64,000 nt of DNA from Vicinamibacterales bacterium (lineage in GTDB: Bacteria > Acidobacteriota > Vicinamibacteria > Vicinamibacterales > SCN-69-37): the NCBI GenBank assembly GCA_041394725.1, contig JAWKHR010000033.1, forward strand, positions 5,836 through 69,835, given 5' to 3'. The position numbers were made by a program, and so were the translations under genes. Under the pieces are notes generated by a model. The model ran no database searches and had not been told where the DNA came from. It was given only the letters and a program-made list of their open reading frames with translations. Shown here piece by piece: positions 50,364 through 60,632 of this stretch; position 1 is the first letter of the stretch, and every line of letters starts with the position of its first letter.

Positions 50364-51638
50364 ATGCGTAAGGGACTCGTACTCGTGGTCGCCATCGCGG
50401 TCGTGGCCGCCGGGGCCTGGTTACCGCTCCGGCGACGGGACCAGCGCGGCGACGCCGGCGGCCGGGTCGTCCGCGGGCGGGGGCCGCCGCGGCGGCGGCC
50501 CGGGGGCCGGCCGGCCATGACCGTCGCCACGGCGGCCGCCGGGCGCCGCCAGATCATCGACTACACGTCGGTGGTCGGCAACCTCATCGGCGCGCTGACG
50601 GTGGACGTGGTCCCCCGGGTGGCGGGCCGGATCGAGTCGGTCGGCGTCCAGCTGGGCGACCGCGTCACCAAGGGCCAGCCGATCGTCAAGATCGAGGACC
50701 GTGAGTACAAGCTGCAGATCAGCCAGGCGGAGGCCAACCTGCAGGTGAACGAGGCCAACGTCACGCAGCGCGAGAACGACCTCAAGGTCGCCGAGAGCAC
50801 CGCGGCGCGCGTCCAGGCGATGTTCGACCAGGGGCTGCAGTCGAAGCAGAACCTGGAGGACGCCCAGGCGCGCGTCAACTCGCTGAAATCGCAGCTGCTC
50901 GCCACGCAGTCGCAGCTCGTGCAGACGCAGGCACGGATCGACGAGCTCAAGGTGACGCTCTCGAACACCTCGGTGGCCTCGCCGGTGGACGGCTTCGTGA
51001 GCCGTCGCAACCTCGACCCGGGCGCCTTTGCCGGCGCCAACACGGTGATTCTGTCGGTCGTGGACATCTCGACCGTGCGCCTGGTGGCCAACATCGTCGA
51101 GCGTGACTTCAAGCGGGTGAAGCCCGGCGTCGAGGCGCGCGTCGAGGTGGACGCCTTCCCCGGCGAGCACTTCACCGGCCAGGTCAGCCGCGTCGCGCCC
51201 GTGTTCGACCCGACGACGCGCACGGCGACGATCGAGATCGAGGTGCCCAACCCGGGCTTCCGGCTCAAGCCCGGGATGTACGCGCGCGTGCGGCTCACCG
51301 TCGAGCAGAAGCCGAACGCGCTCGCCGTGCCGCGCAACGCCGTCGTCGACGTGGACGGCCAGCGCGGCGTGTTCCTGATCGAGGAGTCCACCGCGCGGTT
51401 CCACGCGGTCACGACCGGGCTGAGCGACGGCGAGTACATCGAGGTCATCGACGGCCTCAACGACGGCGAGCGCGTGGTGACGACCGGCGCACTCGCGCTG
51501 CGCGACGGCGACCGGATCACGCTCGCCGAGGCGGCCGGCCGCCAGGGCGGCGGCCGTCAGGGCGGCAGCGCGCCGTCGGGTGGTGGTCCGGGCACGTCCG
51601 GCGCCCCCGGGGCGCCCGCCGCCGGGTCGGGCCGCTAG
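50364..51638 (+). CDS. RND efflux periplasmic adaptor (membrane fusion protein)
   Basis: It has the HlyD/AcrA-type architecture: lipoyl (GQPIVKIEDRE), a coiled-coil hairpin, a beta-barrel (VASPVDGFVSRRN) and a C-terminal domain. A Gly/Arg/Gln-rich tail follows. Confidence 0.85.
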   Translation: MRKGLVLVVAIAVVAAGAWLPLRRRDQRGDAGGRVVRGRGPPRRRPGGRPAMTVATAAAGRRQIIDYTSVVGNLIGALTVDVVPRVAGRIESVGVQLGDRVTKGQPIVKIEDREYKLQISQAEANLQVNEANVTQRENDLKVAESTAARVQAMFDQGLQSKQNLEDAQARVNSLKSQLLATQSQLVQTQARIDELKVTLSNTSVASPVDGFVSRRNLDPGAFAGANTVILSVVDISTVRLVANIVERDFKRVKPGVEARVEVDAFPGEHFTGQVSRVAPVFDPTTRTATIEIEVPNPGFRLKPGMYARVRLTVEQKPNALAVPRNAVVDVDGQRGVFLIEESTARFHAVTTGLSDGEYIEVIDGLNDGERVVTTGALALRDGDRITLAEAAGRQGGGRQGGSAPSGGGPGTSGAPGAPAAGSGR

Positions 51639-51674
51639 CCCGCACACGCGTACTGCAGTCGGACCGAGACACCT

Positions 51675-54600
51675 ATGAGCATCCCGCGCACCGCCATCCA
51701 TCGTCCCGTCACGATGTTCATGATCTCCGTCGTGATCGTGCTGCTCGGCACGATCTCGCTCTACCGGCTGCCGGTGGACCTGATGCCGGACGTGACGTAT
51801 CCGAGCCTGACGGTCCGCGTCAGCTACGCCGGCGTCGGGCCGCTCGAGATCGAGGAGCTCATCATCCGGCCGCTCGAACAGACGCTGGCCGCGGTGCCGG
51901 GGCTCGAGCAGATCAACTCGACCGCGCAGGAAGGCAGCGCGACGGTCCGACTCAATTTCGTCTGGGGCACGGACCTGAACGAGGCCTCCGACGAGGTCCG
52001 CACGCGCGTGGACCGGGTGCGTGGCCGGCTGCCGGAAGAGGCGGACCCGCCGACGATTTTCAAGTTCGACGCCAACTCGTCGCCGATCATCAACCTCGGC
52101 GTCGAGGGCGACTTCGACAGCGTCACGCTGCGTGAGATCGCCGAGACGGACCTCGTCCCGCGCCTCGAGCGCGTCGAGGGCGTGGCGGCGGTCACGGTGG
52201 ACGGCGGCCTGCGTCGGCAGATTCGTGTCGAGCTGTCCAAGGAGAAGATCACCGCGCTGGATCTGCCCGTGGACCGCGTGGTCAATGCCATCCGGTCGGA
52301 GAACCAGAACGTCCCGCTCGGCGAGATCGACGAGGGCGACACGACCTACCTGCTGCGGAGCCGGTCGCAGTTCGACAGCATCGACGAGCTGCGCAACCTG
52401 ATCGTCTTCACGCGGTCGGGCGTGCCGATCTACCTGCGGGACATCGCCACGGTCAACGACACGACCGAGGACAACCGGTCGTTCCTGCGGATCAACGGCA
52501 AGCCCGGCGTGCGGATGCGCGTGACCAAGCAGTCGGGCAAGAACACGGTCGCGATCGCCGCCGGCGTGCGCGACCAGATCGAACGGATCAACCGCGAGGT
52601 GGACGGCGTCCGGCTGGTGATCCTGCAGGACCAGTCGAAGTTCATCGAGCAGTCGATCGCGGCGGTCCGCGAGGCGGCGTTCTTCGGGGCATTCCTCGTC
52701 GTGATCGTGCTGTTCGTCTTCCTGCGCAACTTCCGGTCGACGCTCATCATCTGCACGTCGATCCCGATCTCGATCGTCGGCACGTTCGCGCTGCTCTACT
52801 TCTCGGGCTTCACGCTGAACACGATGACGTTCGGCGGCCTGGCACTCGGCGTCGGCATGATCGTCGACGCGTCGATCGTCGTCCTCGAGAACACGTTCCG
52901 CCACATGGAGCTGGGCAAGCCGCGCCTGCAGGCCGCGATCGACGGCAGCGAGGAGGTCTGGTCGGCGATCCTGGCCTCCACGCTGACGCACGTCGCGGTG
53001 TTCGTGCCGCTGCTCTTCCTGACCGGCGTCTCGAGCGTCCTGTTCACGCAGCTGTCGATCGTCGTCATCTTCTCGCTGTCGATGGCGCTCTTCGTGGCCG
53101 TCACGGTCGTCCCGGTGCTCTGCTCGCGCGTGCTGCGCACCCCGGCCGAGGCCGAGCAGCGCTCGGGCCTCGCCGCGCGGCTGTTCGAGACCAGTGAACG
53201 CGCCTTCGTGGCGCTGGACAACTTCTACCGGCGGGTGCTGCACCTGGCGCTCCAGCACCGGCCGACGGTCCTCGCCACGACGGCGGCGGCCAGCATCGTC
53301 GCGGTCCTGGCCCTGCCCTACATCCCGTCGGAACTGCTGCCGCAGACCGACGAGGGCGAGGTCCGGGTCACGGCGCGGCTGCCGACGGGAAGCCGCATCG
53401 AGCGAATCAACGCGATCAGCCAGCGGCTCGAGGAGATGATCCGCACCTCGGTTCCGGAGGCCGAGACGATCACCGCGTCGAGCAGCGGCGGCGGGTTCTT
53501 CGGCGGCGGCGGCGCCAGCGCGAACATCGAGCTGAAGCTCACGCCCCGTGAGGAGCGGCAGCGTTCGAGCGACCAGATCGCGACCGACCTGCGGGGCGTG
53601 CTGGTCGGCCTGCCCGGCGTGACGATCACGACGCGGGCCTCGGGCGGCAACTTCCAGCTCAGCCGGCTGCTCGGCGGCAACACCGACGACAGTCGCCTGG
53701 CGGTCGAGATCCGCGGCTTCGACCTGCAGGACGCCCAGGCGACCTCGCAGGCGGTCCTGGCGGCGCTGCAGCACACCCCTGGCATTGCCAACCCCCAGAT
53801 TTCCCGGCAGGAAGGCCGCCCGGAGCTGGCGGTCCGCGTGGACCGGCCGAAGGCCGCCCTGCTCGGCCTGACGGTCTCGGGCGTGGCCAACACCATCCGG
53901 ACCAACATGAGCGGTACCCAGGCCGCCGTCTTCCGGGAGCACGGCAAGGAATTTCCGATCATCGTCCGCCTGCGGGAAGAAGATCGGGAGTACGTCGAGT
54001 CAGTGGACAACGTGTTGATCAGCACGCCGTCGGGCCAGGTCCTGCCGGCCAAGAACCTGCTGACCGTCGCCACGGCGACCGGGCCGACGCAGATCGAGCG
54101 GAAGAACCAGGAACGGGTGTTCCGGGTCAACGCCGAGCTCGACGCCGACACGCCGCTCGGCGAGGCCGTCCGGAACGTCCGGCAGAGCCTGGAGTCGGTC
54201 CGGACGCCGCAGGGCTTCTCGGTGGGCCTCGGGGCCGAGGTCGAGGCCCAGGCGACGGCGTTCCAGCAGCTCCAGGTGCTGCTGATTCTGGCCGTCCTGC
54301 TGGTCTACGCCGTGATGGCGTCCCAGTACGAGTCGCTCCGGGACCCGTTCATCGTCATGTTCTCGGTCCCGGTGGCGGTGATCGGCGTGGTGGCCTCGCT
54401 GATGCTGACGTCAACGTCCTTCAGCCTGCAGGCGTATATCGGAGTCATCATGCTGGCGGGCATCGTCGTGAGCAACGCGATTCTGCTGGTGGACTACACC
54501 AACATCCTCCGGCGGCGGGACGGCCTGCCGCTCCGGGAGGCGGTGGAACAGGCGGGACGGACGCGGCTCCGGCCCATCCTGATGACGACCCTGACGACGA

Positions 54601-54800
54601 TTCTGGGCCTCGTGCCGATGGCCCTGGGGATTGGCGAGGGAGCGGAACTCCAGGCGCCCCTCGCGCGTGTGGTGATTGGCGGACTGACGGCCTCGACGCT
54701 GGTGACGCTGGTGCTCGTGCCGTCCGTGTATACGGTCTTCGAGGAAGGCCTTTCGGGACTGCGCCGCGGACCGGCGCCGTCGCAACCTGAGCGAGCGTAG
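51675..54800 (+). CDS. RND efflux permease (AcrB/HAE1 family)
   Basis: This 1041-aa ORF is an uninterrupted 12-TM protein with AcrB-type N-terminal ([18 protein letters not shown]) and conserved TM4/TM10 regions. Confidence 0.95.
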   Translation: MSIPRTAIHRPVTMFMISVVIVLLGTISLYRLPVDLMPDVTYPSLTVRVSYAGVGPLEIEELIIRPLEQTLAAVPGLEQINSTAQEGSATVRLNFVWGTDLNEASDEVRTRVDRVRGRLPEEADPPTIFKFDANSSPIINLGVEGDFDSVTLREIAETDLVPRLERVEGVAAVTVDGGLRRQIRVELSKEKITALDLPVDRVVNAIRSENQNVPLGEIDEGDTTYLLRSRSQFDSIDELRNLIVFTRSGVPIYLRDIATVNDTTEDNRSFLRINGKPGVRMRVTKQSGKNTVAIAAGVRDQIERINREVDGVRLVILQDQSKFIEQSIAAVREAAFFGAFLVVIVLFVFLRNFRSTLIICTSIPISIVGTFALLYFSGFTLNTMTFGGLALGVGMIVDASIVVLENTFRHMELGKPRLQAAIDGSEEVWSAILASTLTHVAVFVPLLFLTGVSSVLFTQLSIVVIFSLSMALFVAVTVVPVLCSRVLRTPAEAEQRSGLAARLFETSERAFVALDNFYRRVLHLALQHRPTVLATTAAASIVAVLALPYIPSELLPQTDEGEVRVTARLPTGSRIERINAISQRLEEMIRTSVPEAETITASSSGGGFFGGGGASANIELKLTPREERQRSSDQIATDLRGVLVGLPGVTITTRASGGNFQLSRLLGGNTDDSRLAVEIRGFDLQDAQATSQAVLAALQHTPGIANPQISRQEGRPELAVRVDRPKAALLGLTVSGVANTIRTNMSGTQAAVFREHGKEFPIIVRLREEDREYVESVDNVLISTPSGQVLPAKNLLTVATATGPTQIERKNQERVFRVNAELDADTPLGEAVRNVRQSLESVRTPQGFSVGLGAEVEAQATAFQQLQVLLILAVLLVYAVMASQYESLRDPFIVMFSVPVAVIGVVASLMLTSTSFSLQAYIGVIMLAGIVVSNAILLVDYTNILRRRDGLPLREAVEQAGRTRLRPILMTTLTTILGLVPMALGIGEGAELQAPLARVVIGGLTASTLVTLVLVPSVYTVFEEGLSGLRRGPAPSQPERA

Positions 54801-54806
54801 ACGACC

Positions 54807-56447
54807 ATGAAACGACTGATTGCGTTCATCTTCCTTCTCGTGGCCATCGGGGGCGGCGCGTACTACTACTTCGTCGCGCGCAAGCCCGAGGAGAAGCCGC
54901 AGATCCTGACGGCGACGGTCTCGCAGGGCGAGATCATCGAGTCCGTCCAGGCCACGGGCTCGCTCGATCCCGTGCGCCGGGTGGACGTCGGGTCGCAGGT
55001 CTCCGGCCAGGTCCAGGACATCTACGTCGACTACAACGACATCGTGACGCAGGGCATGCTGCTCGCGAAGATCGACCCGACCCTGCTCGAGACGCAGGTG
55101 CAGATCCAGGAGTCGAACGTCGCGCGCCAGGAAGGCGACATCGCCAACCAGGAAGTGCAGCTCGAGGACCTGCAGAAACAGCTGGAGCGGACGCAGGCGA
55201 TGTTCGAGAAGGGCCTGCAGAACCAGCAGCAGCTCGAGCAGGCGCAGCTGGCCGTCAAGACACGGCAGGCGCAGATCGACGCGTCGCGCAAGCAGCTCGT
55301 GCAGACCAAGATCAACCTCGACCAGGCCCGGCTGAACGTGAGCTACACGGACATCAAGTCGCCGATCGACGGCGTGGTCGTCGAGCGCAAGGTGGACCGC
55401 GGCCAGACGGTGCAGGCGAGCATGACCTCGCCGCAGTTCTTCGTGCTGGCCACCGACCTCCGGACGCTGAAGCTCACGGCCGGCGTCGATGAGGCCGAGA
55501 TCGGCCGCGTGCGGCCCGGGCAGGAAGTCATCTTCACCGTCGAGGCGTACCCGAACCAGGAATTCTCGGGCACGGTCAACTCGGTCCGTCTCAACGCGAC
55601 GAACCAGAGCAACGTCATCACCTACCCGGTCTGGATCGACGTGAAGAACCCCGACCTCAAGCTGCGGCCGAGCATGACGGCGAGCGCGCGGATCGTGATC
55701 TCGCGCGCGCCGAACGTGACCCGCGTGCCGAACCAGGCGCTGCGGTTCCGGCCGAACTCGGAGATGTACACCGCGCTCGGCCTGACGCCGCCGGCGCCCG
55801 GACAGGGTCGCGGCGGACGCGGCGCGAACGCGGCGAATCAGCAGGGCGGCCAGCAGGGCGCGAGCCGTCAGGGCGGCCAGGCGAACGCCGCGACGGGCGG
55901 CGGCACGGGGCGCGGTGACGAGAGCGCGCAGTCGGCGACGGGCCGGCAGGGCGGCAGCGGCCGTGCGAGCGGCCAGGGCTTCGGCGCCCAGGCGAGCGGC
56001 AACCTCGACCCCGAGGCGATGGCGCGGGTGCGCGAGCAGTTCGGCGGCCGCCAGGGTGGCCGCGGCGGCCGGCGCGGCCAGCAGCAGCCGTCGAACCTGA
56101 CGGCGCCGCAGACGGCCCTGCGCGAGGGCAAGATCGACGACCTCTACGCGGTCCTGCAGAAGCAGATCCGCCCGGGCCAGGTCTGGACCTGGAACGAGGA
56201 GACGAAGGAACTCAAGGCGATCAACGTCCGGCTCGGCATCGACGACGGCACGTTCAGCGAGCTCGTCTCGGGCGAGGTGACGCCCGGGATGCAGATCCTG
56301 ACCGGCATCATCCTGCCCGCGTCGCGGACGTCGACGACGAGCCCGAACAACAACAACCTGTTCAACCCGAACCAGCGCGGCGGCCCGGGCGGCTTCGGCG
56401 GCGGGGGCCGGGGCGGTGGTGGGGGCGGCGGCGGCCGTGGCCGGTAG
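54807..56447 (+). CDS. MacA-like periplasmic adaptor with a long Gln/Gly/Arg low-complexity insertion and poly-Gly/Arg tail
   Basis: It has an N-terminal TM segment, a lipoyl/coiled-coil/barrel pattern ([37 protein letters not shown]), about 90 aa of GGQQG/GRGG repeats and the ending [16 protein letters not shown]. Confidence 0.8.
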   Translation: MKRLIAFIFLLVAIGGGAYYYFVARKPEEKPQILTATVSQGEIIESVQATGSLDPVRRVDVGSQVSGQVQDIYVDYNDIVTQGMLLAKIDPTLLETQVQIQESNVARQEGDIANQEVQLEDLQKQLERTQAMFEKGLQNQQQLEQAQLAVKTRQAQIDASRKQLVQTKINLDQARLNVSYTDIKSPIDGVVVERKVDRGQTVQASMTSPQFFVLATDLRTLKLTAGVDEAEIGRVRPGQEVIFTVEAYPNQEFSGTVNSVRLNATNQSNVITYPVWIDVKNPDLKLRPSMTASARIVISRAPNVTRVPNQALRFRPNSEMYTALGLTPPAPGQGRGGRGANAANQQGGQQGASRQGGQANAATGGGTGRGDESAQSATGRQGGSGRASGQGFGAQASGNLDPEAMARVREQFGGRQGGRGGRRGQQQPSNLTAPQTALREGKIDDLYAVLQKQIRPGQVWTWNEETKELKAINVRLGIDDGTFSELVSGEVTPGMQILTGIILPASRTSTTSPNNNNLFNPNQRGGPGGFGGGGRGGGGGGGGRGR

Positions 56448-56482
56448 TCGCGGGACCATCACGATACCGGGAGTCTGAACCG

Positions 56483-57277
56483 ATGCCAGTCATCTCCGTC
56501 CGGGACCTCACGAAGGTCTACAAGATGGGCGACCATGAAGTGCGGGCGCTCCGTGGGGTCTCGCTCGACATCGAGACGGGCGAGTTCGTCGCGGTGACCG
56601 GGCCGTCCGGCTCCGGCAAGTCGACGTTCATGCATATCGCCGGTTGTCTCGACCGTCCGACGAGCGGCGAGTACATCCTCGACGGCCGCGACGTGTCGAA
56701 GCTGTCGAAGGACGACCTCGCCCGCGTGCGCAACCAGAAGATCGGGTTCGTGTTCCAGGGCTTCAACCTGCTCTCGCGGACCTCGGCGCTCGACAACGTG
56801 GAACTGCCGCTGCTCTACAACTCGAAGAACGGGCTGAAGGCGTCCCAGCGCCACAAGCGGGCGCTGGAAGTGCTCGACGCGGTCGGGCTGGGCCAGCGGT
56901 ACCACCACATGCCCAACCAGCTCTCCGGCGGCCAGCAGCAGCGCGTCGCGATCGCGCGCGCGCTCATCAACGAACCGGCCATCCTCCTCGCGGACGAGCC
57001 CACGGGCAACCTCGATACGCGGACCAGCATCGAGGTCATGGGCATCTTCCAGCGGCTGAACAAGGAGCGCGGCATCACCGTGCTGCTGATCACCCACGAG
57101 ATGGACATCGCCGAGTACGGCACGCGGCTGATCCGTTTCCGTGACGGCCGCGTCGTCGCGGACCAGGCGGTGAAGCACCGTCGCAACGCGGCCGACGAGC
57201 TGGCGGCGCTGCCGCCGCCCGAGCCCGACCAGATCGAGCACAAGGAAGAAGACGCCGCCGCACCGGCGCACCAGTAG
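56483..57277 (+). CDS. macB: ABC transporter ATP-binding protein (MacB/LolD-type)
   Basis: It has Walker A GPSGSGKST, the signature LSGGQQQRVAIARAL and Walker B ILLADEPT. Confidence 0.93.
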   Translation: MPVISVRDLTKVYKMGDHEVRALRGVSLDIETGEFVAVTGPSGSGKSTFMHIAGCLDRPTSGEYILDGRDVSKLSKDDLARVRNQKIGFVFQGFNLLSRTSALDNVELPLLYNSKNGLKASQRHKRALEVLDAVGLGQRYHHMPNQLSGGQQQRVAIARALINEPAILLADEPTGNLDTRTSIEVMGIFQRLNKERGITVLLITHEMDIAEYGTRLIRFRDGRVVADQAVKHRRNAADELAALPPPEPDQIEHKEEDAAAPAHQ

Positions 57278-57283
57278 GCCCCC

Positions 57284-58501
57284 ATGTCGCTCCTCATGAC
57301 GTTTCGCATTGCCTTCAAGGCGCTCGCGCGCAACAAGATGCGCACGGCGCTCACGATGCTGGGCATGATCATCGGCGTCGGCGCGGTCATCGCGATGGTC
57401 GGCCTCGGAACCGGCGCCCAGCAGGTGATCGAGGACCAGGTCAAGTCGGCCGGCACGAACCTGATCACCGTGATGGCCGGGAGCGTCAACGCCTCGGGCG
57501 TGCGCACCGGCTTCGGCAACTCGAGCAAGCTCGTGCCCGAGGACGCGGAGGCGCTGCGCGAGTTGCCGCTCGTCGAGTTCGTCTCGGAGTCGGCGAGCAC
57601 CCGAAGCCAGATCATCTACGGCGCGATGAACTGGAACACGAACATCGAGGGCGTCAACATCGACCTTCCGATGATCCGGTCGTGGCCCATGCGCTACGGC
57701 ACGTTCTTCAGCTCCGACGACGTGCGGGTCGCCGCCAAGGTGTGCGTGCTCGGCGCCAACGTGGCCGACAACCTGTTCGGCGAGGGCGTGGACCCGACCG
57801 GCGAGACGGTCCGCGTCCGCAACCAGCTCTTCAAGGTGCTGGGCGTGATGACGCCCAAGGGCGCCGGGTCGGGCGGATCGAACCAGGACGACCGGGTGTT
57901 CGCCCCCTACACGACGGTGATGAAGAAGCTGTCGGGTCAGCAGAACCTGAACCAGATCCTGGTCTCGGCCTACTCGGCCGACTCGCTCGACCAGACGGCC
58001 GCGGCGATTTCCGAGGTGCTGCGCATCCAGCACAACATCCCGCCCGGCGGCGACGACGACTTCACCGTTCAGACGCTGGACGACATGGTCGCGCTGCGCA
58101 CGCAGACGGCCAACACGATGACGAACCTCCTGGCCGGCATCGCCGGCGTCTCGCTCGTCGTCGGCGGCATCGGCATCATGAACATCATGCTGGTGTCGGT
58201 GACCGAGCGGACCCGGGAGATCGGCCTGCGCCTGGCGATCGGCGCGCGGTCCTCGGACGTGCTGATGCAGTTCCTGATCGAGGCCGTGGTCATCAGCCTC
58301 GTGGGAGGGGCCACCGGGATTGCCCTGGGCTACGGCATCTCCGAGGCGCTGAAGTACTACCAGGAGATGCCGGCGCTCGTGCCGGTCCAGACCGTGGCCA
58401 TCGCCGTCCTGTTCTCCGGCGCGGTCGGGATCTTCTTCGGCTTCTACCCGGCACGCAAAGCGGCCGGACTCGACCCCATCGAGGCATTGCGCTTCGAGTA
58501 G
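57284..58501 (+). CDS. ABC transporter permease (MacB periplasmic core domain + FtsX)
   Basis: This 405-aa ORF has an N-terminal TM segment, a large periplasmic domain and a C-terminal FtsX 3-TM (GGIGIMNIMLVSVTERTREIGLRLAIGAR). Confidence 0.9.
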   Translation: MSLLMTFRIAFKALARNKMRTALTMLGMIIGVGAVIAMVGLGTGAQQVIEDQVKSAGTNLITVMAGSVNASGVRTGFGNSSKLVPEDAEALRELPLVEFVSESASTRSQIIYGAMNWNTNIEGVNIDLPMIRSWPMRYGTFFSSDDVRVAAKVCVLGANVADNLFGEGVDPTGETVRVRNQLFKVLGVMTPKGAGSGGSNQDDRVFAPYTTVMKKLSGQQNLNQILVSAYSADSLDQTAAAISEVLRIQHNIPPGGDDDFTVQTLDDMVALRTQTANTMTNLLAGIAGVSLVVGGIGIMNIMLVSVTERTREIGLRLAIGARSSDVLMQFLIEAVVISLVGGATGIALGYGISEALKYYQEMPALVPVQTVAIAVLFSGAVGIFFGFYPARKAAGLDPIEALRFE

Positions 58502-58564
58502 AGACGGTCGGGACACCTTCGGGGCGGCAACAGGCCGCCCCGATTTTTCGAGGGAGCGGAAGTT

Positions 58565-59075
58565 ATGCGACGTGTAGCAGCAGTGTTGAGCACGGCGGCG
58601 GTGGTGCTGTGGTCGGCCGGCGTGTTCGCCCAGGCGCCGAATTTCGCGGGCAAGTGGACCCGTGACGCCGAGAAGACCGCGGCGGCCAACCCGAACATGG
58701 GCGGCGGCGGGGGCGGCGGACGGCGCGGCGGTGGGGGCGGCGGCGGCTTCGGCGGCGGCGACATGACGATCAAGCAGGCCGCTGGCACGTTCACGATCGA
58801 GCGCGAGACGCAGAACGGAACCCAGTCGACCGAGTACAAGCTCGACGGCTCGCCCGTGAGCAAGAACATGATGCGGGTCGCGGCGGCGACGTCGAGCAGG
58901 TGTCGAAGGCCGTGGTTCAGGGCTCGACCATCGTGATCACGACCGCCGGCCAGAACGGCGAGACCAAGATGGTGCTGTCGATGGACGGCGCCAACATGAA
59001 GATCGAGACGACGCGGCCCGGCGCGGCGGCGGCGATCCAGTCACCACGGCGCAGAGCTACAAGAAGGGGCTCTGA
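58565..59075 (+). pseudogene. small secreted Gly-rich protein, frame broken about twice
   Basis: ORF 58565..58936 has a signal peptide (VLSTAAVVLWSAGVFAQA), then GKWTRD and [20 protein letters not shown]. The continuation VSKAVVQGSTIVITTAGQNGETKMVLSMDGANMKIETTRPG is in the frame of ORF 58900..59499. The likely end ...VTTAQSYKKGL-stop at 59075 is in the third frame. Confidence 0.45.
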
Positions 59076-59096
59076 TCCAGGGCGCTTCGGCGGGCT

Positions 59097-59136
59097 GTCG
59101 GGCGCGGGGACGCAGGTTCCCGCGCCCGACGTTTTT
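59097..59136 (+). terminator. rho-independent terminator closing the efflux locus
   Basis: A perfect 12-bp stem (GTCGGGCGCGGG / CCCGCGCCCGAC) has a 10-nt loop and is followed by GTTTTT. Confidence 0.7.
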
Positions 59137-59170
59137 CAGGGCCCCGGCGCGCGCGGCAGCCCCACGCGCG

Positions 59171-59659
59171 TCAGTCCGTCGCTCCGCCCTCCCCGGGCGG
59201 CCCGTCCGCCAGCGCCGCCCGAAGTTCCGCCACGGTCTTCCCCGTCACCGGGTCCACCCAGTCCGGCGCGAGCTCCGCCAGCGGCCCCAGCACGAACGCC
59301 CGCTCGCGGAACCGCGGATGCGGCAGCTCGAGTTCCGGCGCGCGGAGAATCTGGTCACCGAAGAGGATCAGGTCGAGGTCGAGCGTGCGCGGCGCCCGGA
59401 AGCTGGGCCGGCGGCGTCCCTGCGCCGCCTCGAGCGCGTGCAGCGTGCGCAGGAGGTCGGCGGGATCGGCGTCGGTCTCCCCCGTCACGACGGCGTTGAG
59501 GTACGGGGGCTGCGCGTCGGGCACGTCCTGCGGCTCGGTCTCGACGACCGACGAGACGCGCAGATCGCCCAGGAGCGCGTCCAGCTGCTCGACGGCCCAG
59601 GCCAGGTGCGCGCGGCGGTCTCCGAGGTTGGAGCCGAGCGCGATGGCGACCCGGGGCAC
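59171..59659 (-). CDS. folK: 2-amino-4-hydroxy-6-hydroxymethyldihydropteridine diphosphokinase
   Basis: The sequence has VAIALGSNLGDR, YLNAVV, RTLDLDLILF, LPHPRFRERAFVL. Confidence 0.9.
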   Translation of the reverse strand: MPRVAIALGSNLGDRRAHLAWAVEQLDALLGDLRVSSVVETEPQDVPDAQPPYLNAVVTGETDADPADLLRTLHALEAAQGRRRPSFRAPRTLDLDLILFGDQILRAPELELPHPRFRERAFVLGPLAELAPDWVDPVTGKTVAELRAALADGPPGEGGATD

Positions 59660-59665
59660 GGCGGC

Positions 59666-60169
59666 CTAGCCGGTCCAGCCGATGAAGCGGTCGGCCATCA
59701 CCGAGCCGTCCGTCCCGCTCCGTCCCGGCCCGTTGGCGCGTCGCCCGAGGACGTCCTCGCGGCCCGCGACCATCTGCGAGAAGAAGCGCTTCTGCTCCAG
59801 GGTCTCGCCCAGGATGACGCCCATCATGTTGCGATGGCGCGCGTTGCCAATCGACGGGAGCCTCGGCCGCCACCGGTCCACGAACTCCCCGGCGTCGCGC
59901 GCGTCCTGCTGGATCAGCGCGACGTAGCCATCCTTCCCCGACACGGCCGGCAGCGCGGGCTCGGCGACCTGATCCGGCGTGCCGCCGAGTTCCAGGATTG
60001 CCGCCTCGAGCCACTGCAGGTGCGTGTCCTCGCGGTTGACGATGTACTGGTAGGTATTGTTGAACTCGTAGCGGCCGACCTGGCGTGCCACGGCGACGTG
60101 CCGCTGGCGGAGCGTCAGGCGTTCGCGATGGAATTCCCGCAGCGTGGACAGCAGATCGGAGGTACTCAC
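59666..60169 (-). CDS. hypothetical protein (167 aa)
   Basis: It lies inside ORF 59666..60199. The GTG at 60169 forms GTGA with the dksA-like stop. The composition is normal, and I recognise no family (RYEFNNTYQYIVNREDTHLQWLEAAILELGG). Confidence 0.5.
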   Translation of the reverse strand: MSTSDLLSTLREFHRERLTLRQRHVAVARQVGRYEFNNTYQYIVNREDTHLQWLEAAILELGGTPDQVAEPALPAVSGKDGYVALIQQDARDAGEFVDRWRPRLPSIGNARHRNMMGVILGETLEQKRFFSQMVAGREDVLGRRANGPGRSGTDGSVMADRFIGWTG

Positions 60170-60528
60170 GCGTTCTGCTTCTCCTTGCAGGTGATGCACA
60201 CCCGCGTCCAGGGGATTGCCTGCAGGCGGGCCCAGGCGATCGGCTCGCCGCAGTCGCGGCAGATGCCGTAGCTGCCCTTCTCCAGCCGCGCCAGCGCCTC
60301 CTCGATGGCCTGGAGGATCTTGGCGTCGGTCTGCTTCAGCTTGAGCTGGATGTGGACCTCGTTGTTGCCGCTGGCCTGGTCGGCCAGGTCACCCTGCCGG
60401 CTGTTGACGTCCATGGACGCCGGCAGGGGCCGCGTGCCGGTCGAGACGGCCACGAGTTCGGCCCGCTTGCGCAGGAGGTCTTCCTTCAGGTGGGCGAGTT
60501 GCCCTTCGTCGAGGGGTTTCTGGCTCAT
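60166..60528 (-). CDS. dksA: DksA/TraR-family C4 zinc-finger protein
   Basis: This 120-aa ORF has a coiled-coil region followed by CRDCGEPI...CITCKE. Confidence 0.85.
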   Translation of the reverse strand: MSQKPLDEGQLAHLKEDLLRKRAELVAVSTGTRPLPASMDVNSRQGDLADQASGNNEVHIQLKLKQTDAKILQAIEEALARLEKGSYGICRDCGEPIAWARLQAIPWTRVCITCKEKQNA

Positions 60529-60539
60529 GATCCCACTGC

Positions 60540-60568
60540 CGCGGATTCGCCCGCGTCCTCAATCCGCG
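60540..60568. promoter_or_regulatory. inverted repeat CGCGGATT-N13-AATCCGCG next to a reverse-strand TGATATGAT extended -10 (60569-60577)
   Basis: The repeat is read directly from the sequence. It lies between the candidate -10 and the dksA-like ATG (60528). Its function is unknown. Confidence 0.3.
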
Positions 60569-60632
60569 ATCATATCAGGAAGCCGCGTCACGGGGCCCCG
60601 CGCCGGGCCCCGCGCGCCGGGCCCGGGAGATC

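Noticed and set aside
55800-56450. Repetitive GGC/CAG/CGG-rich DNA considered as a tandem repeat or CRISPR-like array (also 58696-58760)
   Set aside because: The repeats are irregular, lie inside continuous ORFs and translate to Gly/Gln/Arg low-complexity protein segments. There is no repeat-spacer periodicity.
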